Shown here piece by piece: positions 17,902-23,031 of a stretch of 23,031 nt of DNA (position 1 is its first letter; every line of letters starts with the position of its first letter). Origin of the DNA: Candidatus Aenigmatarchaeota archaeon (lineage in GTDB: Archaea > Aenigmatarchaeota > Aenigmatarchaeia > PWEA01); the NCBI GenBank assembly GCA_046539325.1, contig JBKHHD010000010.1, forward strand, positions 1 through 23,031. The letters are read 5' to 3'. The notes beneath the pieces are model-generated. The model did not search any database and was not told the DNA's origin. It worked only from the letters and a program-made list of their open reading frames with translations. The position numbers and the translations under genes are program-made.

Positions 17902-18792
17902 TCACCTTCTATTTCTAATTACCGGGTTTATATTTTCAAAGAAGACGTCGACATTGGATTTTGATACCCAGACATTGTTTTGCTGCTCATTGCATTTTAC
18001 ACCCAATTTCCCTAGTACATCAGCAAGAAATTCAATTGATTTTTCATCATAAGAACAAATTCTTGGAGACCCCGAAGGATGTATATTTCCATCAGACTCA
18101 TACCTTCCTTCAATATACTTCCATGCTATTTCCTCTGATTGAAGAAGCCATTGTTTTTTATCTTCTCTTGTAAAATTTTCTACCCATTCAATTAGTTTTT
18201 TTGAGGAAGCCCAAACAGTTTCTCTGTCCCTTCCACTTCTTTTTCCTCTGCCAGGATTCAGCCCAATTTTTCCCAGGTATTTAGAAAACTTGTCAGCAAA
18301 GTCAGAAGATTTTACTTCTAAACCAATAGTCGATTTTTTATCATGAAAACCATCACCATCTATAACGCCAAGGACGTAAGCCATTTCTTTCTTCTTATTA
18401 AATTTTAATTCATTGGTATTTTTCTTGGCGAATTTCCTCAATCTTTCTACAACTTCTTCACTTTTATTGTATTCAGCTGCAGATCTAGCAACACCTAACT
18501 TCATTGCCTTCAGTTTAATAGCCTCCCAATTTCTTTTGGGTAGTAGTTCCAACATTTTTTCTTTCCCGGCCTTGAGATAGTTTTCTTTAAGGATTTCCTC
18601 CTCTTCATCAGTCCATTTATCATGTGACCGAGTCTCAATACCGAAGCCCTTTAGTTTCCTTGAGATTAAGGGTTGTGAGACCCCAAATTTATCTGCTACT
18701 TCACCTTGGGTCATACCTCTTTCCTTATAAAGTTCAATAAGCGTATCCTTTGATAGATTGCCCTTCTCTTCTGGTGTTTTTATATTGTTCAT
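17902..18792 (-). mobile_element. LAGLIDADG homing endonuclease gene with N-terminal HTH and Myb-like repeat, inserted between cysD and cysN
   Basis: Two LAGLIDADG motifs, YVLGVIDGDG and YIEGRYESDG. N-terminal MTQGEVADKFGVSQPLISRKL (HTH) and KWTDEEEEILKENY. Lys-rich and visibly more AT-rich than its neighbours. Confidence 0.85.
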
Positions 18793-19637
18793 AGTATCCC
18801 ATTAAGTGGGAAAGCGAAAGCAATGCCGGTTATAATCATATACCCCAATGCTCTCAACTTTTGCATGATCTTCTCTTTATCCTGGCTTCTCCCGCTCCTC
18901 TCGCCTTCCTCCGTTTGTTTTATCTCGTCTATCATCCCGTTCACAGAGGTTATGTTCGACTCCACGGGCGTGGTACACGGCTCACAGCCCAACGAACGAA
19001 AGCGTTTCATCTTACCGTCCCTTTCCTCTGCAAAGTAAAGTGGATTCACTGGAAGATCCTCCCTTTTGATATATCTCCATATATCTACCTCCGTCCAGTG
19101 CAACAGCGGGTGCACACGGATATGCTCCTCTTCTTCTTTTTTTGTTTTATACTGTCCCCACATCTCCGGGGGCTGGTCCTCGTAGTCCCACTCGAACTCG
19201 TCGTCCCTCGGTGAGTAGTATCTTTCCTTCGCTCTAATTCCATGCTCATCTCTCCTTATTCCAAGGAACAACGCGTCAAAGCCTTCTTCATCAATAACCT
19301 TCTTCAACGCTTCCGTCTTCCTCAGGTTACAGCACTTCAGGTTTTCGTCCGGCCCGACACCTTCTTCATCTGCTTCATCGTTGTACGCTATCTCCAGGTC
19401 CAGGCCCCACTTATCTGCAAGCTCGTCCCTGAACTCGTACATCTCATCGAAATGGAATCCTGTGTCTATGTATATCATAGGGAAGGGAATGTCTCCGAAA
19501 AAAGCCTTCTTGCACAGCCAGGCCAAAACAGTAGAATCTTTCCCAGCACTCCACAGGGCAGCCACGTCGTCGAAGTTGTTGTACGCCTCCCTTATTATGT
19601 ATATGCTCCTTGCCTCAAGTTCATCAAGTCTGTCCAT
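18789..19637 (-). CDS. cysD: Sulfate adenylyltransferase subunit 2
   Basis: LDELEARSIYIIREA, WSAGKDS PP-loop, GIRRDE...RAKER, RVHPLLHWTE, RFRSLGC, and LRALGYM near the C-terminus. Confidence 0.92.
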   Translation of the reverse strand: MDRLDELEARSIYIIREAYNNFDDVAALWSAGKDSTVLAWLCKKAFFGDIPFPMIYIDTGFHFDEMYEFRDELADKWGLDLEIAYNDEADEEGVGPDENLKCCNLRKTEALKKVIDEEGFDALFLGIRRDEHGIRAKERYYSPRDDEFEWDYEDQPPEMWGQYKTKKEEEEHIRVHPLLHWTEVDIWRYIKREDLPVNPLYFAEERDGKMKRFRSLGCEPCTTPVESNITSVNGMIDEIKQTEEGERSGRSQDKEKIMQKLRALGYMIITGIAFAFPLNGIL

Positions 19638-19641
19638 AATA

Positions 19642-19857
19642 TCACCTGTCCAGATATCCTAACCTTTCCAGCCTCTTCCTCACCTTTTCCATGTCCACGT
19701 CCAGCTCCTCCGGCCCGTCGAACTCGCCCTGCGCCGCTATATCACGCAGCACGAACTTCACGAACTCCGTAACAGAGTTAAAACCCGTCCCCTCCACGAT
19801 ACCGTCGATCCTGTCGTAGAGGACCTTGGGAATCTTTATGTTGGCCCTTTCAGCCAT
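19642..19857 (-). CDS. CopG/ribbon-helix-helix protein, 71 aa
   Basis: NIKIPKVLYDRI...GFNSVTEFVKFVLR RHH pattern; C-terminal KVRKRLERLGYL. Confidence 0.8.
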   Translation of the reverse strand: MAERANIKIPKVLYDRIDGIVEGTGFNSVTEFVKFVLRDIAAQGEFDGPEELDVDMEKVRKRLERLGYLDR

Positions 19858-19890
19858 AGGGATATTATAGGGATGTTACCTTTAAAAAAC
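19856..19890 (-). promoter_or_regulatory. Promoter of the RHH-cysD-cysN operon with an 8-bp direct repeat
   Basis: Minus-strand TTTTTAAA TATA-like box at 19881-19888; ATAGGGAT occurs at 19856-19863 and 19867-19874. Confidence 0.5.
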
Positions 19891-19902
19891 TAACCCAGAA
19901 GA

Positions 19903-19916
19903 ATGTAGTGCCTAAA
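19903..19916 (+). repeat. Dispersed 14-bp motif, copy 7
   Basis: Exact; 1 nt beyond the stop of the 60-aa RHH gene. Same ATGTAGTGCCTAAAATCA context as copy 6. Confidence 0.95.
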
Positions 19917-19917
19917 A

Positions 19918-20100
19918 TCAGTCCATGTAACCCAGACTCCTCAGTCTGCTCTTCACCTTTTCCTCTTCCTCCTCGTCGACCTTGCTCGCCACCTTCTCCA
20001 GAATCTTCTTTATGTAGATGTCTGCGGAGTCAAAGCCCTTCTTCTTGGCCCTGATCTTGATCTTCTCATAAGTTTCGTCGTCGACTTCAACTTCAGCCAT
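19918..20100 (-). CDS. CopG/ribbon-helix-helix-like protein, 60 aa
   Basis: EVEVDDETYEKIK...GFDSADIYIKKILE; C-terminal KVKSRLRSLGYMD; GGAGG RBS upstream. Confidence 0.75.
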   Translation of the reverse strand: MAEVEVDDETYEKIKIRAKKKGFDSADIYIKKILEKVASKVDEEEEEKVKSRLRSLGYMD

Positions 20101-20109
20101 ACTATCCTC

Positions 20110-21069
20110 CTATATTTTGTCCTCGTTCCTTAAATACCATTCCAGGGTCTCTTCTAACCCTTCCTTTACATCCACGGAAGGCTCGAATCCGAGAACCTCT
20201 TTCACCTTCGATATATCCGCGAAGTTTCTTCTTATCTCGCCCTTCCGTTCCTCCTTGTTAATGACTTCCGGAAACTCCACGTTCTTCTTTTCAGCCACGT
20301 CTTCTAAATATCCTATAAGCTCGTTCACAGACGTCTCTTCTCCAGTTCCCAGCTGCAGCAGCTCAAACCCTTCCTTGTCCTCTTTCAGTGCCATGTATAT
20401 TCCCCTGCAGATATCTTCTGTGTGTATGTAGTCCCGCGTCTGCTCACCGTCGCCGTACACGAACAGCTCTTCACCCTTGAGTATCCTCCTTATGAACTTG
20501 TGAACAACGCTCTCCTTGTGAAGCGAGTGCGGACCGTAGACGTTGGAGAAGCGCAGAGCGACCGTATTCAAACCAAATGAACCTGCGTAAGCGCTGCAGT
20601 ATCCTTCGCCTGAAAGCTTGCTCGCTCCGTAGGGCGCCAGAGGTCGTGGGACATCCTGCTCGGAGACAGGCGGTTCCACCTCGCCGAGCGGCGCTGCAGA
20701 GGAGGCCTGCACGAACTTATCCAAACCTTCCTCCTTGCTGGCCTCAAGCACGTTCAGCAGTCCGTTAACGTTCACGTCGGCGTCGAACTTAGGATCTTCA
20801 ACCGAAGGCATAACACCGACCTGCGCCGCCAGGTTCACAACATAGTCGCAGCCTTTCACCACTTCCTTTACCATCTCTTCGTCCCTTATATCGCCTTCCA
20901 CCAGCTCCACCCTTCCACCATCAAAACTGTCCAGGTTCTTCACAGCGCCAAAGCCACGCGCAGAGAGGTTGTCAATAACCCTGATCTGCCAGTCAGTCTT
21001 CCTAAGGATAAAACTAACAAAATTAGTTCCGATAAATCCTGCGCCGCCCGTTACAAGTATCCTTTTCAT
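20110..21069 (-). CDS. NAD-dependent nucleotide-sugar epimerase/dehydratase
   Basis: VTGGAGFIG, NLAA, ASSAA, YGASK, RFSNVYGP and GDGEQTRDY motifs; start ATG 21069 (ATGA overlap). Confidence 0.92.
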   Translation of the reverse strand: MKRILVTGGAGFIGTNFVSFILRKTDWQIRVIDNLSARGFGAVKNLDSFDGGRVELVEGDIRDEEMVKEVVKGCDYVVNLAAQVGVMPSVEDPKFDADVNVNGLLNVLEASKEEGLDKFVQASSAAPLGEVEPPVSEQDVPRPLAPYGASKLSGEGYCSAYAGSFGLNTVALRFSNVYGPHSLHKESVVHKFIRRILKGEELFVYGDGEQTRDYIHTEDICRGIYMALKEDKEGFELLQLGTGEETSVNELIGYLEDVAEKKNVEFPEVINKEERKGEIRRNFADISKVKEVLGFEPSVDVKEGLEETLEWYLRNEDKI

Positions 21070-21680
21070 GCTTTCACCAGGTGCGAAACAACGTGGAAGA
21101 ACTGCCAGAAGTGCTCCCACATAACTCTTCTTGGTTTGTCTATCTTTTTAGTATTTGCGGGAACCTCTCCTATCCTCGCACCCTTGTTCTTCGCCTCCAG
21201 GGCAAAGGTCCCGCAGGTACATGTAGTGCCTAAATCCATCTCCTTCGCAAGTTCCTTTGTCAATGCCCTGAACCCGGTCCCTGTATCGCTGACGTCCACT
21301 TTGAAGTTGGCAAGCCAGTTCAGAAACCTCTCCGAAGGCCTGGGTATAACTTCACGTGCCCCGAACACCAGATCCTTTTCACCTTCCACAACGGGCTCGA
21401 CCATCCTCTTCACGTCCTCCGGCTTGTGCTCGCCGTCGGCGTCCATCGTGACTATTACATCGCCGCTCGCTTCCTTGAACCCGGTTTTTATACCGTCTAT
21501 ATATCCATTGCCTCTATTCTCAATAACTTTAGCTCCGGCCTCCTTCGCCTCCTTGATAGTTCTGTCTTCGGAACCATCATCCACGACCAGTATTTCATAT
21601 TCTTCAGAAAGAGAATCCACTACCTCGCCTACCCTCTCTTCTTCGTTGTACGCGGGAATAACTACCGAGACGTCAGCCAT
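21066..21680 (-). CDS. GT2 glycosyltransferase
   Basis: SVVIPAYNEE, VVDDGSEDRT, TMDADGEH and DTGTGFRA motifs. Confidence 0.9.
   Translation of the reverse strand: MADVSVVIPAYNEEERVGEVVDSLSEEYEILVVDDGSEDRTIKEAKEAGAKVIENRGNGYIDGIKTGFKEASGDVIVTMDADGEHKPEDVKRMVEPVVEGEKDLVFGAREVIPRPSERFLNWLANFKVDVSDTGTGFRALTKELAKEMDLGTTCTCGTFALEAKNKGARIGEVPANTKKIDKPRRVMWEHFWQFFHVVSHLVKA
21221..21234 (+). repeat. Dispersed 14-bp motif, copy 8 (intragenic)
   Basis: Exact; lies inside the GT2 CDS, where it encodes part of D-L-G-T-T-C on the minus strand. Confidence 0.93.
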
Positions 21681-21996
21681 ATATATCCACGTGCCTTCCT
21701 ATCATTTCCTTTAGCTGGCCCTTCGTCTTTGCTGCCATCTCCCTCTCTACCACTTCTCCGTCCACGAAGAGTATGTGCGTGGGAGTCTCCTCTATCCCGT
21801 ACTTTCCAGAAACCTTCTTGTTCTTGTCTATGTTCAGGTAACAGACCTTGACCTCGTCGCCGATCTCCTTTTCCAGCTTCTTCACTAGTGGCTTCATCTG
21901 CTGGCAGGCCAGACACCATGATCCCCAGAAGTCGACAAATACAGGTCCTTCCTCCTCCAGAACCTCTTCCTCGAAGTTGGAGTCGTTTACCTCCAT
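21673..21996 (-). CDS. trxA: Thioredoxin
   Basis: FVDFWGSWCLACQQM active site and cis-Pro motif ETPT; 107 aa. Confidence 0.9.
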   Translation of the reverse strand: MEVNDSNFEEEVLEEEGPVFVDFWGSWCLACQQMKPLVKKLEKEIGDEVKVCYLNIDKNKKVSGKYGIEETPTHILFVDGEVVEREMAAKTKGQLKEMIGRHVDIYG

Positions 21997-21997
21997 A

Positions 21998-23031
21998 TCA
22001 ATCTTCCTTGCCTGTGTTGACCACGGACTTGTAGCTTCCGTAGTCCTTTGATCCGGGTTCGTAGACCTCTATTATATCCGGCTTTTTCTTCTCGCCGCTC
22101 CACTGTGTCTCAGGAATGATGCACTCCTTAGAGTCCTCAATCCTCTTCCTACACTTCTCTTTACTCAGAAGCTCGACCATCCTGCCTATCTCCTGCTTCA
22201 GCCCGACTTCTCTTTGGAAGTCGAACTCGTTCGGAAGCTTTCTACTCACAACCTCAATGGGGTGTTTGTCCGACTCCACCCGTGGATTCTCCAGCCTCTG
22301 GATCTCCACCTCCTTGCCCATCTTGTCGCTCGCCACGTCTGCAACTGCGTCCGCGAGCTCCTTCACCTTGTAGGTTCCTGAGACCTGGTTCACGGTGTTG
22401 TACTCCCCTGGCTCCGGTGGTGAGGAAATTATACGCATCATACACTGCATCGCGTCCTCCAGTCCGATAAAGCCACGCGCTTGTTCACCCTTTCCGTAGA
22501 CAGTAAGAGGGACGTCGCTTACGGCCTGTGCGACAAAGCGGTTCACGACGGTTCCGAACCACTCGTCCACGTCCAGCCTAGTCCTCAGCCTCGGATCCTT
22601 CGCCACCTCTTCCGTATGCACCCCGAAGATAACGCCCTGCATTATATCCACGCTTCTAAGCCACCAGTATTTGCAGGCCTCGTATATGTTGTACGTGTCC
22701 TGGACCTTGCTTACATGGTAGAAGGAAGGCGGATTTCTAGGGGTCAGTTCGCCACCCATGGACCACTTCCTGTCCTCCCATTCTATCATAGCGTCTGCGG
22801 GGAATGTACCTTCAAACAGCGGACGTCCGGTAAGGGGGGCGCCGTACTCTCCCATGGTATTTCCACTCCATACCGGCTTTCCATTTCTTCTCACCAAAAC
22901 AATACCTTCACCATCACCTACTTTGACACAATAGACTTTTCCATCGTAATCTTTGTAACCATCGGTTTTCTCTTGGTTGTGGTTGACGTGAACCCTTGGT
23001 GTCTGACAGATATTCACTTGATAACCTTCCT
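21998..23031 (-). CDS. sqdB: UDP-sulfoquinovose synthase (SqdB/Agl3), 5'-truncated, intein-containing
   Basis: TMGEYG, SFYHVSK, DIMQGVIFG, FGTVVNRFVAQA, PLTVYGKGEQARG and NPRVE are SQD1/SqdB signatures. Frame is open to the window end. Confidence 0.9.
   Translation of the reverse strand, partial: EGYQVNICQTPRVHVNHNQEKTDGYKDYDGKVYCVKVGDGEGIVLVRRNGKPVWSGNTMGEYGAPLTGRPLFEGTFPADAMIEWEDRKWSMGGELTPRNPPSFYHVSKVQDTYNIYEACKYWWLRSVDIMQGVIFGVHTEEVAKDPRLRTRLDVDEWFGTVVNRFVAQAVSDVPLTVYGKGEQARGFIGLEDAMQCMMRIISSPPEPGEYNTVNQVSGTYKVKELADAVADVASDKMGKEVEIQRLENPRVESDKHPIEVVSRKLPNEFDFQREVGLKQEIGRMVELLSKEKCRKRIEDSKECIIPETQWSGEKKKPDIIEVYEPGSKDYGSYKSVVNTGKED
22859..23031 (-). mobile_element. C-terminal part of an intein in sqdB
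   Basis: Block F/G-like YDGKVYCVKV...VLVRRNGKPVWSGN followed by +1 Thr of TMGEYG; DNA is more AT-rich than the extein. Confidence 0.88.

Noticed and set aside
4889-21234. 14-bp motif as a CRISPR repeat or intrinsic terminator hairpin
   Set aside because: Copies are mostly kilobases apart with no regular spacers, too short for CRISPR, non-palindromic, and occur in both orientations relative to the upstream gene.
4889-21234. 14-bp motif as a replichore-polarised (KOPS/Chi-like) signal
   Set aside because: Orientation does not flip at oriC: + at 4889 on the left and mostly + on the right. Only one left-side copy exists, so this test is weak.
672-22470. Numerous antisense or overlapping 60-190 aa ORFs in the track
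   Set aside because: They are shadows of well-supported genes, often Ser/Phe/Leu-rich as expected opposite acidic-protein codons, with no recognisable motifs.
1-23031. tRNA/rRNA genes
   Set aside because: Intergenic gaps are short or explained by the origin; no cloverleaf or rRNA signatures were seen by eye.

Overview
Archaeal chromosomal window with acidic proteins and a gene set most like a halophilic DPANN archaeon (lineage is inference). Left to right: partial surface protein, secD/secF, TctA-like transporter, PAP2 phosphatase, then a replication cluster (cdc6 > unannotated 48-aa ORF > catalytically dead PolD small-subunit (DP1)-like protein > PolB with a DP2-type C-terminal Zn finger) beside an ORB-containing replication origin at about 10590-10900. 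Next come pyrBI, nac and glycan/cofactor genes, then a sulfur/glycan cluster (intein-containing sqdB, thioredoxin, GT2, epimerase, two RHH proteins, cysD, a LAGLIDADG endonuclease gene, cysN, alkaline-phosphatase-superfamily protein). The strongest unexplained signal is a non-palindromic 14-bp motif, ATGTAGTGCCTAAA, found 8 times (7 exact, one 13/14), mostly at gene 3' ends. Two copies form an inverted pair that brackets an unannotated 49-aa putative DNA-binding ORF next to the origin. This is a candidate small-protein plus dispersed-site system. All calls come from reading the sequence by eye; no searches were run.
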